Shown here one piece after another: positions 46,840 to 55,113 of a DNA stretch of 64,000 bases (positions are counted from its first letter, which is position 1; every line of letters starts with the position of its first letter). The DNA lies in the NCBI GenBank assembly GCA_029246705.1, contig JAQWMQ010000041.1, forward strand, positions 142 through 64,141, written 5' to 3'. This DNA is from Phycisphaerales bacterium. GTDB lineage: Bacteria; Planctomycetota; Phycisphaerae; Phycisphaerales; SM1A02. The notes under the pieces were generated by a model. That model made no database searches and was not told the origin of the DNA. It was given only the letters and a program-made list of their open reading frames with translations. Made by a program: the position numbers and the translations under genes.

Positions 46840-47928
46840 ATGCCCAACCTTGATACGGCAGCGCCCCCCATGATCTCCGTGGTCATACCGACCTGCGATC
46901 GACGTATCAAGACTCGCAAGTGTGTCGACTCCCTCCTCACGCAGGATCTCGAGTCCTTCGAGGTGATCGTGGTTGATGATGGATCCCGCGATGGCACGCC
47001 GGATGCCCTCTCCGACATCGAGGATCCCCGGCTTCACGTACTCAGGAATGAACGGAACATCGGCGCCAATGCCAGCCGGAACCGAGGGGCGCGTCACGCC
47101 CGTGCGGATCTGGTGGTCTTTCTCGATTCCGACTGCATTGCTGAGCCGGGCTGCCTCTCCAACTACCTTTCAGCCTTCACGGATCCTTCCGTCGGTGCGG
47201 CTTCCGGGCTCGTTGAGGACACCCCGCCTCGGAATGTCTGGGAGCTCCTGTTTCGAGGGACCCACCGATTCGGCACGCCCGGCCCGATCTCGCGCATCTG
47301 TTCCGCGAATGTCTGCATCCGCCGTTCCCTCCTGCTGGGTCATGAGATGGAGGAGGACTTCAGCGACAACGCCGTGGGCGAGGATGGCGTCGTGGACACG
47401 AGTTTTTCCGGTCGGTGTGACGAGGAAGGCCTCTTCCTGGCGATTCGCAAGGCTGGTTGGCAGGTGGTGGCCCATCCGGAGTCCAAGGTGGATCATGATC
47501 ATCCGTATGACAGGCGCTCGCTGTTCAAGCAGGCCTTTCATGGTGGTGGTGCGGCAGCGGAACTCGTCTGGAAGTTCAGGTTGCGTGATCGACTGGACCT
47601 GATCCCACTCGTTGCATTCTGGTTCTGCATCCTGCCCGCAGTGGTTCTCGCGCTGGTGCTGTCTCCCTGGTTCCTGCTGCTTCCGGTTCCGTTTCTTTTG
47701 TTGCAGTCGGTGGCGGTGTCCTACAACGAGATGGCTCGCAAGGGAAAGACATTCCCGCAGCTGCTTCGAATCACGCCTGCTCTGGTCATCTACTACCACT
47801 TGCGCCTTGCGGGCTACCTGCTTCGCCGGGTCCAGTTGCTGATCGGCGTTCGGCCGATCGAACGCATCGACCCGGCAAGCTTCGCCTCCGGCATGCCGCG
47901 TCCGGGCAGTGAGGTTGCATCGGCATGA
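46840..47928 (+). CDS. GT2 glycosyltransferase with C-terminal TM helices
   Basis: ISVVIPTCDRR ... VIVVDDGSRDGT ... VVFLDSDCIAEPG ... then LIPLVAFWFCILPAVVLALVLSPWFLLLPVPFLLL. The upstream track codons (from 46654) overlap the divergent gene. Confidence 0.85.
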   Translation: MPNLDTAAPPMISVVIPTCDRRIKTRKCVDSLLTQDLESFEVIVVDDGSRDGTPDALSDIEDPRLHVLRNERNIGANASRNRGARHARADLVVFLDSDCIAEPGCLSNYLSAFTDPSVGAASGLVEDTPPRNVWELLFRGTHRFGTPGPISRICSANVCIRRSLLLGHEMEEDFSDNAVGEDGVVDTSFSGRCDEEGLFLAIRKAGWQVVAHPESKVDHDHPYDRRSLFKQAFHGGGAAAELVWKFRLRDRLDLIPLVAFWFCILPAVVLALVLSPWFLLLPVPFLLLQSVAVSYNEMARKGKTFPQLLRITPALVIYYHLRLAGYLLRRVQLLIGVRPIERIDPASFASGMPRPGSEVASA

Positions 47929-48749
47929 GTGTGCAACGCCAGCCATTCATCCGCTTGCGGTCCTCCATCGAGAAGCCGCTGCAGCGACGTGGCCTGCTTC
48001 CGGTGCGTCGAGAGGAGTTTCCGCGCTTTCTCGGGATTGGTGCCCAGAAGTCCGGGACGACCTGGCTTCATGCGAACCTCTCGAGGCATCCCTCGATCTT
48101 CCTGCCGGAAACCAAGGAACTCCACTACTTCGACTGGAACTTCCACCGTCCTCTTTCCGAGTATCTCGCGCACTTCAAGCAGGCCGGTGAGCGGATTCGT
48201 GGAGAGATCACGCCGGGGTATTCCGTCCTCGATGATGACAGGGTCGACTTCATCCGCGGTGTCGCCCCGGACCTCAAGGTGATTCTCCTGCTGCGCGACC
48301 CGATCGAACGTGCCTGGTCCCAGGCGGTGATGAACATCGTCGAGATCGAAGGACGGCCGGCAGGAGAGATCCCGGATGCGGCATTCCTGGAACATCTTGC
48401 GGATGACCGAGTTCGCCTGCGCAATGACTACCTCGGGATCATCGACCGCTGGGGTGGCGCCTTTGGCCCTGAGAACATCCACGTCGGTTTCTTCGAGGAC
48501 GTCTCGGAACGGCCGATAGAACTCCTGCGTGGGATACTCGAGTTCCTTGGTGTTCCCGATGAAGAGGATGCGGATTTCAGCATGGCAGGCAAGCGAGTGC
48601 GTCCCGGCATCCCCGTGCCGATGCCGGAATCGGTTCGTGAGGCCCTGGTCGCTGACAACACCGATGGTCTCAGGCGCCTGCATCAGCGTTTCGGTGCACC
48701 AGTGGATGCATGGATGAAGCGACATGGGATCAGTGAGGTCGTTTCCTGA
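47925..48749 (+). CDS. Sulfotransferase-family protein (heparan-sulfate-sulfotransferase-like motif set)
   Basis: RFLGIGAQKSGTTWLHANL and VILLLRDPIERAWSQ. ATGA overlap with the GT2 stop. Confidence 0.85.
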   Translation: MSVQRQPFIRLRSSIEKPLQRRGLLPVRREEFPRFLGIGAQKSGTTWLHANLSRHPSIFLPETKELHYFDWNFHRPLSEYLAHFKQAGERIRGEITPGYSVLDDDRVDFIRGVAPDLKVILLLRDPIERAWSQAVMNIVEIEGRPAGEIPDAAFLEHLADDRVRLRNDYLGIIDRWGGAFGPENIHVGFFEDVSERPIELLRGILEFLGVPDEEDADFSMAGKRVRPGIPVPMPESVREALVADNTDGLRRLHQRFGAPVDAWMKRHGISEVVS

Positions 48750-49588
48750 TGACGTCCGATCCTCCAAGACTCAAGTTGAAGGCCTATCGCTCGAAGAAGG
48801 CGTTCGAGGAGGCCTGGTCCAATTTCCGTGCACGCAGTCATCCCAACCCACTCTTCATCTTCGGCAACCAGAAGTCAGGTACTTCCGCCATTGCCGCCTT
48901 GATCGGTGCATGCACCGATCTGGATGTCAGCCTCGATTTTCCCCGTGAGATCCTGGATCCAACCGTGCCGGATGTTCACCGGGGAAGGATCGATCTGCAG
49001 TCATTCATCCGGCGGAATCGATTGAGTTTCTCGCGACCGATCATCAAGGAACCCTCGATCACCTTCCTGGCGGAAGCACTGCTCGAGACGTATCCTCGGA
49101 GTGAAGCGATCTTCGTGACCCGTCATCCCTTCGAGAACATCCGTAGCATCCTCGACCGACTCGGGATTCCGGGGGATCGTGAGTCGCTCGCCCCGGTGGA
49201 TCTCGAGGATGTGAGCCGCACATGGATGACGGTTCTGGACAATCGATGGCAGGACGTTGAAGCGGAGCACTACATCGGGCAACTTGCCGGAAGATGGGTG
49301 GCTGCCGCACGAATCTGCCAGAGACTCGACACTCGGGTCCATCTCGTCAGGTACGAGGATTTCGAGCTGGACAAGGAGGGGGTCATTCGTGAGTTGGCTC
49401 GAAAGGTCGGGTTTGAACCGTTGAAGTCGATCGAGCATCTGGTGGATGTCCAGTACCAGCCCCCCGGCAGTCGTGGTCGCAGTGCACAGGAGGTGTACGG
49501 TTCGAATCTCGACATCCTCATCGAGTCATGCTGGCCGCTTGCCACCGAGTTCGGCTACGAAAGCTCGGGACAGGTGGTGTCGCTGTGA
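48749..49588 (+). CDS. Sulfotransferase-like protein (divergent)
   Basis: LFIFGNQKSGTSAIAALI (5'-PSB-like) and AIFVTRHPFENIRS (3'-PB-like). TGATG junction with the preceding gene. Confidence 0.65.
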   Translation: MTSDPPRLKLKAYRSKKAFEEAWSNFRARSHPNPLFIFGNQKSGTSAIAALIGACTDLDVSLDFPREILDPTVPDVHRGRIDLQSFIRRNRLSFSRPIIKEPSITFLAEALLETYPRSEAIFVTRHPFENIRSILDRLGIPGDRESLAPVDLEDVSRTWMTVLDNRWQDVEAEHYIGQLAGRWVAAARICQRLDTRVHLVRYEDFELDKEGVIRELARKVGFEPLKSIEHLVDVQYQPPGSRGRSAQEVYGSNLDILIESCWPLATEFGYESSGQVVSL

Positions 49589-50811
49589 AGATCCTGATGG
49601 TCGGACACTTCTTCCCCCAGAAGGCCGAGACCTTCATCCTGGAGCAGGCGAATGCGCTGGTTGAACTTGGGCATGACCTCACCATCCTGACGCTGATCGG
49701 TGGCGATCCGGATGCCTTCGACGAGCGGTCGCATCGAAACGGGCTGCCGGATCGAGTGGTCGACGGGACGGTATATGGCCGACCGCTGTTTCAGCGGATG
49801 CTGCCGACGATCCGCGGATTCCTCAAGTCATTGATTCGTCATCCTCGAGCCCTTGCCTTTGCACGTCATGGCAAGCGTGCCTGGCGAGGTCAGATCGCAG
49901 CCGCAGTGGACCAGATCGGTGACCTTGGTGACTTTGATGTGATCTTCGCTTTCTTCGGCACCGCAGGGATCTCCGCCGAATGCCTGCGGGACGTCGGCCT
50001 CTTCAAGGGACCGATCGTCACCAGTTTCCTCGGCTATGACATCACGCGAGAGATCCTGCTCAACGGCAATGTCGGGTACACCCGACTTTTCAGGAATGGT
50101 GTCGAGTTCAACCCGAACTCCGAGTTCCTCCGGTCGCTCCTGCTGGAGAACGGAGCTCCCCTGGAACGTACGCACGTCCACCGCCTCGGCGTCGACCTGG
50201 GGAACTTCGAATACCTCGATCGGGGTGCGGATGAGGATGGGCCGGTTCGAATCGCGGCGGTTGGTCGTCTGGTCGAGAAGAAGGGGTTCGCCTGCTTGCT
50301 TGCTGCGGCCGGGCTGCTTCGTGATCGGGGGGTCGACTTCCAGCTCGAGATCGCCGGATCGGGGCCTCTCATGGGAGATCTCGAGTCCAGGATCGCTGCG
50401 CTCGAGTTGCAGGATCATGTCACCCTGCTTGGTTGGTGCAAGCCAACCCAGATCATCGAGCTCCTGCATCGTTCTCAGCTCTTCATCGTTCCCAGCGTGG
50501 TTGCGCCCGATGGTGACCAGGAGGGGCTCCCGCTGACGATGATCGAGGCCTGCTCCACCGGTCTTCCGGTTGTCGGCACCTACCACTCCGGCATTCCCGA
50601 GGCGATCATCGATGGTGAAACAGGGTTTCTCGTGGATGAACATGACCACGAGGCTCTGGCAAAGGCCATTCAGAGCCTGTGCCAAGACCCTGCGTTGCGT
50701 CGGTCATTCGGTGCGAACGCCCGTGCGTTCATGGAATCCCGGTTTTCGGCTTCCGAGCAGGCTCAGGCACTTGAGGCCATTTTGGTTCGAGCGTCCCATA
50801 AAATGACTTAA
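49585..50811 (+). CDS. GT4 (GT-B fold, group 1) glycosyltransferase
   Basis: GTG 49585 (GTGA overlap) gives VKILMVGHFFPQ. C-terminal E-x7-E region EGLPLTMIEACSTGLPVVGTYHSGIPEAIIDGETGFLV. Confidence 0.85.
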   Translation: MKILMVGHFFPQKAETFILEQANALVELGHDLTILTLIGGDPDAFDERSHRNGLPDRVVDGTVYGRPLFQRMLPTIRGFLKSLIRHPRALAFARHGKRAWRGQIAAAVDQIGDLGDFDVIFAFFGTAGISAECLRDVGLFKGPIVTSFLGYDITREILLNGNVGYTRLFRNGVEFNPNSEFLRSLLLENGAPLERTHVHRLGVDLGNFEYLDRGADEDGPVRIAAVGRLVEKKGFACLLAAAGLLRDRGVDFQLEIAGSGPLMGDLESRIAALELQDHVTLLGWCKPTQIIELLHRSQLFIVPSVVAPDGDQEGLPLTMIEACSTGLPVVGTYHSGIPEAIIDGETGFLVDEHDHEALAKAIQSLCQDPALRRSFGANARAFMESRFSASEQAQALEAILVRASHKMT

Positions 50812-50970
50812 GTGCTTTCTAGTTAAGGGCTAAGGTGTTCTGGGAAGATTTTGAGTCCACCCTTGACACCTTCGCTGCTGAGAGTACCTTAGAATTTCCG
50901 GAAACCGCTCGTTAGTAGATTGGACTGCTCTGAGGTTGTTTCTCAGGAACGTGGTTTCGCGACTGCTCTT

Positions 50971-51342
50971 ATGGAAAGAAGAAGGATGCGACGTACAAAC
51001 CTCCAGATCGGATTGACTGTTGTGATCGGCCTTGGCGCTGCGGGTGGCATGCTCATCGCTGACAGCAAAGGCTCCGGTTTCTCTGATGGTGGGGACCTGA
51101 AATCCCCCCCCAACGATGATTTTCGTTCATCAGGATTCCGCATGGCTCATGCTGGCACCTCGCCTGGTGGTTGCGTTGGCGACTTCAATAATGACGGCAT
51201 GGTCGATGGTCAGGACCTTGCTGTTCTTCTTGGTGCATGGGCAACGACTGATTGCTCCTTCAGCATCGACGGTGATGCGAGCTGCTTCATCAATGGAGCG
51301 GATCTGACGGTTCTTCTTGGCAACTGGGGTCCTTGTAACTGA
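50971..51342 (+). CDS. Small membrane-anchored/secreted protein consisting almost only of a dockerin-like double repeat
   Basis: MERRRMRRTNLQIGLTVVIGLGAAGGMLIA (signal anchor), a ~45-aa linker, then CVGDFNNDGMVDGQDLAVLLGAWATTDCSFSIDGDASCFINGADLTVLLGNWGPCN-stop. Confidence 0.6.
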   Translation: MERRRMRRTNLQIGLTVVIGLGAAGGMLIADSKGSGFSDGGDLKSPPNDDFRSSGFRMAHAGTSPGGCVGDFNNDGMVDGQDLAVLLGAWATTDCSFSIDGDASCFINGADLTVLLGNWGPCN

Positions 51343-51439
51343 CACCTGTAGGGGGGTCAGTGCAGGGTAGGCCTTCATGTTCTTGATCAGGCCTTGCCGT
51401 GCAACGAGTGCACCTGTTCCTGCCGCTGGATGTTTATTG

Positions 51440-54400
51440 ATGATTGAGACGATCCTCACAGGCAGGCGTTTCCAGCGCCTGCCTGTTTTTATCTGTACCT
51501 GTGTTCTCGCCTGCCTTGGACTGACATCCGGCGTCCAGGGTCAGGGGGATCAATGTGACATCAATTCGCCACCTCCACCCTGTTCGGACTGCGATAACAA
51601 CAACGTGCGGGATGTATGCGAACCGGAACTCGTGGATGGCTTGCTTGGTCGGTACTACGCTTCAAGCGACCAGTCGCGCTTCGCCGAACTGATCGAGGTC
51701 AAGACCGATTTCCAGGTGGATTTCGAGTGGGGTGACGGGTCGCCTGGATTCGGTGTTCCTGCCGACAACTTCGCGGTGATATGGACGGGTACGATCGAGG
51801 CCCCGATATCGGGTTTGCAGGAGATCGCCACGTACACCGATGACGGAGTTCGCCTCTGGGTTGATGGGCAACTCGTCATCGAGAACTGGACGAACCACTC
51901 CACGCAGCAGGACATCGCAGTGGTCGACTTCGTGGCCGGCGAACGCGTTCCCATTCGACTTGAATACTTCGAGAGCGGTGGGGGTGCCACGTGCCAGCTG
52001 ACATGGCGACTTCTCGGAGAGATGACTTTCTCGAGCATCCCCCAGGAAGCGCTGCGACCGGACACCGATATCGATGGAGATGGGTACCCGGATCAGTGCT
52101 ATGCCGACTGCAATGGCAATGGAATCAACGACCTCGTGGAGATTGAAGGTGACATCTCTGCGGACTGCAACGGAAACTGTTCCCCCGATGAATGCGACGA
52201 GTTCCCCAAGGACATTGCCGGTTACTGGCGATTCGAAGGGGATGACAGCCTGATCTTCGACTCCGGTCAATGGGGACTCTTCGGTTCACTTGGTGATGCC
52301 CTTCGCCAGTTGGATGTCGATCGAAGATTCATACCCCAGACCGGCGAGGAGAACCGGGGATCCATCGTGATGCTCGACGAAGTCGTCACCATCCCTGATC
52401 CCGACGGTCGGCTTCGTTTCGCGGACGAAAGCTTCACCATCGAGGCCTGGGTCCGACTGGACACGCTCAGTACCAGTGCCGATGACAACAGCCAGCGACA
52501 ATACATCCTCCAGAAGAAACCGCTTGCCGCCTACGATTCCGAACTCGGGTTCTCCTTCATGGCCCAGAGTGGCAATATCGCAGGGGCTTCCCAGTACGAA
52601 TTCGGGAAGAGATCAGGCATCTCCGGGCGGGAACTCGTCCTTCGATTCGGCCTTGGGAGCGGTCCGTCAATCAACACATGGGCGATCACGAGTTTTCTTG
52701 AGATCGACGACACCAACTGGCATTACGTCAGCGTGGCATGGGACGAAGAAGCGGCGGTTGCCCGATTCGTCCTGGATGACCAGGTGGACGTCGTTCCTGC
52801 CTATGCCTTCGGCCGTGCCGTGGGCCAGGGTGCACTTCGTATCGGCGGCCACACCAACAACTCCGGTCTGACGAATCAGATGCTGAAGGGATCGATCGAC
52901 GAGGTCAGGATCTCCCGTGGCGCGAAACGATTCCCGAGATTGCTTCATCAGTTCGGCTCCATCGACTGCAATGGCAACGGCCAGCTTGATCGTTGCGACA
53001 TCGTTGCGGGGATCAGTGCCGACATCGATGGCAACTTCATCCCCGATGAATGCGAGGACTGCAACGGCAACGAGCTCCCTGATGCCTACGAGGTGGAGCA
53101 GGGCTTCTCCCCGGACTGCAATGGCAACCTGCTTCCCGATGACTGTGACGTCGCGGACCCGCTTGGGGACTGTGATGGCAACGGAATCCCCGACGATTGC
53201 CAACTCGAGGATGAGGATTGCAACTTCAACGGCATTGTCGATGCCTGTGACATCGCGAGCGGAACGGCCGATGATTGCCAGTTCGACGGTATTCCCGACG
53301 ACTGCCAGTTGAATGAGATCGTCAACTACGAATACACGGACGGATTCCCCGAGTATGGGGTGCGCCCGGACACCGGAACACACCACACCTGGATGAATGG
53401 TCACAGGGTCGAGAACGGGGCCAATCGCCTGGTCGCCATCGAGATCTCCTATGTCTACATCGATCGTGGAACTCCGGCGATGGTCTACATATGGTCGGAC
53501 CCGACTGGCGACTTCGATCCTTCCGATGCCGTTCTGCTGGGTGCAGTGAGTTCGCAGGTCGACATGCCGGACCCTTCCCAGGGGTGGCGTCGTCAGGTGG
53601 TGGTCCTCCCCCAGCCGATCGATGTGGGTGTCGACGGGGCGGTCTTCTTCGTGGGGACCTCGCTTCGCTTCAGTGTGGAGAACGATGATTTCCCCGCGGC
53701 GATGGACATCAGTCCTCCGACCGCTGACGGGAGATCATGGCACATCGGTACTGAAGGTCCGCTTGATCCGAACGACGTGACTGCAAACACGACGGAATAC
53801 GGTCCACTTGACGAGATCCTCTTCTCCGGGAACTGGGACATTCGAGCGGTCACCTTGCGCCAGACCGGAGACTGCAACAGTGATGGGCGAATCGACATCT
53901 GTCAGATCGAGTCCGGTGAATATGCAGACATCAACGACAACGGTGTCATCGATGACTGCGAGGATTGCAACGGCAACGGCATCGTCGATTCCTTCGACAT
54001 CGCTGACGGCCTGAGCCTTGATTGCCAGCCCGACGGCATTCCCGATGAATGCCAGATGTTGGCCGGGGATTGCAACCAGGACGGCATTCCCGATACCTGT
54101 GCGCCGGACTGTGATGCCGATTCCGTTCCTGACTCCTGCGCGATCGCCTCGGGTCTTTCCGAGGATGTCGATGGCAATGGAGTCCCTGATGAATGCGAAG
54201 ACTGCAATCTCAACGGCATTCCCGACGGGCTGGATGTTCCGCCCAATGGTGACGAGCCTGATTGTGATGGGGACCTCGTGCCGGACATCTGCGAGCTGGG
54301 TGCGGCCCAGGTCATCGCCATCGGGAACAACGACGGACTTGCCGACACTTCACTGACTCTGGGTACACCCGGTTGGCTTCTCTGGATGGAGACATTGACC

Positions 54401-55054
54401 GTGGCCTCGGGCGAGGAATACCTCGATGCGGTCGAGGTTCATGTGCCTGCAATACCCGTAGGCAGCGTGTTCACGTTCTTCCTCGGGACCGACCAGGGGG
54501 GTGGTACACCCGCAACCATGGATCTCAAGCTCCTGGTTGACCGACCGATCCCCCTGACCGGTGAGATCGTTCGCATCGACCTTCCCGATGTCTACATCGG
54601 CCCTCCGGGGACGCTCTACTACATCGGCGCGCAGTACTACGATGACACGCCCGGCTGGAATCAGCCTATCGCCCTGGATACCACCGAACCCATGGGGTTG
54701 AGCTGGATCGCCTACGACGTCACGAGTGAGATCGATCCTTCCGATGTCCAGGGGACATCGGAGGTCTTCTCGCCTCTCGGTGAGCTGCTCTACGAGGCGA
54801 ATTGTCTCCTCGATGCAGTTGTCTTCGATGGCACACGAGAGAACGATTCGGATGGAGACGGCGTTCCCGACAACTGTACGGGCGGCGGATGCACCGGTGA
54901 CATCAATGATGATGATCGAATCGATGGCGAGGATCTCACCGCACTCCTTGGGGAGTGGGGTGGGACCAACCTGACCTTCGACTTCAACAACGATGGTGTC
55001 GTTGACGGTGGAGACCTGACCACTCTGCTTGGCAACTGGGGTGAGTGTCGCTGA
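51440..55054 (+). CDS. Giant secreted protein: PA14 domain, LamG domain, ~19 Cys-containing D-C-N-G-N-x-x-P-D-x-C repeats, two copies of an unassigned ~170-aa domain, C-terminal dockerin-like double repeat
   Basis: Signal peptide ...RRFQRLPVFICTCVLACLGLTSGVQG. PA14: GLLGRYYASS...FAVIWTGTIEAP...YTDDGVRLWVDGQLVIENW...IRLEYFESGGGATCQLTWR. LamG: FTIEAWVRLD...WHYVSVAWD...LKGSIDEVRISRGA. Tail CTGDINDDDRIDGEDLTALLGEWG...FNNDGVVDGGDLTTLLGNWGECR-stop. Alternative start at 51377. Confidence 0.85.
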   Translation: MIETILTGRRFQRLPVFICTCVLACLGLTSGVQGQGDQCDINSPPPPCSDCDNNNVRDVCEPELVDGLLGRYYASSDQSRFAELIEVKTDFQVDFEWGDGSPGFGVPADNFAVIWTGTIEAPISGLQEIATYTDDGVRLWVDGQLVIENWTNHSTQQDIAVVDFVAGERVPIRLEYFESGGGATCQLTWRLLGEMTFSSIPQEALRPDTDIDGDGYPDQCYADCNGNGINDLVEIEGDISADCNGNCSPDECDEFPKDIAGYWRFEGDDSLIFDSGQWGLFGSLGDALRQLDVDRRFIPQTGEENRGSIVMLDEVVTIPDPDGRLRFADESFTIEAWVRLDTLSTSADDNSQRQYILQKKPLAAYDSELGFSFMAQSGNIAGASQYEFGKRSGISGRELVLRFGLGSGPSINTWAITSFLEIDDTNWHYVSVAWDEEAAVARFVLDDQVDVVPAYAFGRAVGQGALRIGGHTNNSGLTNQMLKGSIDEVRISRGAKRFPRLLHQFGSIDCNGNGQLDRCDIVAGISADIDGNFIPDECEDCNGNELPDAYEVEQGFSPDCNGNLLPDDCDVADPLGDCDGNGIPDDCQLEDEDCNFNGIVDACDIASGTADDCQFDGIPDDCQLNEIVNYEYTDGFPEYGVRPDTGTHHTWMNGHRVENGANRLVAIEISYVYIDRGTPAMVYIWSDPTGDFDPSDAVLLGAVSSQVDMPDPSQGWRRQVVVLPQPIDVGVDGAVFFVGTSLRFSVENDDFPAAMDISPPTADGRSWHIGTEGPLDPNDVTANTTEYGPLDEILFSGNWDIRAVTLRQTGDCNSDGRIDICQIESGEYADINDNGVIDDCEDCNGNGIVDSFDIADGLSLDCQPDGIPDECQMLAGDCNQDGIPDTCAPDCDADSVPDSCAIASGLSEDVDGNGVPDECEDCNLNGIPDGLDVPPNGDEPDCDGDLVPDICELGAAQVIAIGNNDGLADTSLTLGTPGWLLWMETLTVASGEEYLDAVEVHVPAIPVGSVFTFFLGTDQGGGTPATMDLKLLVDRPIPLTGEIVRIDLPDVYIGPPGTLYYIGAQYYDDTPGWNQPIALDTTEPMGLSWIAYDVTSEIDPSDVQGTSEVFSPLGELLYEANCLLDAVVFDGTRENDSDGDGVPDNCTGGGCTGDINDDDRIDGEDLTALLGEWGGTNLTFDFNNDGVVDGGDLTTLLGNWGECR
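51459..51491 (+). terminator. Canonical intrinsic-terminator-like hairpin, located inside the first ~17 codons of the next gene
   Basis: CAGGCAGGCG (51459-51468) / loop TTTCCAG / CGCCTGCCTG (51476-51485), a perfect 10-bp stem, followed directly by TTTTTAT. It lies 117 nt after the stop of the 50971..51342 gene. Confidence 0.6.
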
Positions 55055-55113
55055 CCCATCAGCTCCACATGAGGCATCTCGGACATGCAAAGAGCTTGTA
55101 ACGGAGTATTGAA

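Noticed and set aside
50863-50895. TTGACA ... TAGAAT promoter-like hexamers upstream of the mini-gene
   Set aside because: The spacer is 21 nt, well outside the 16-18 nt optimum. The promoter consensus for this phylum is not established, so I do not call it.
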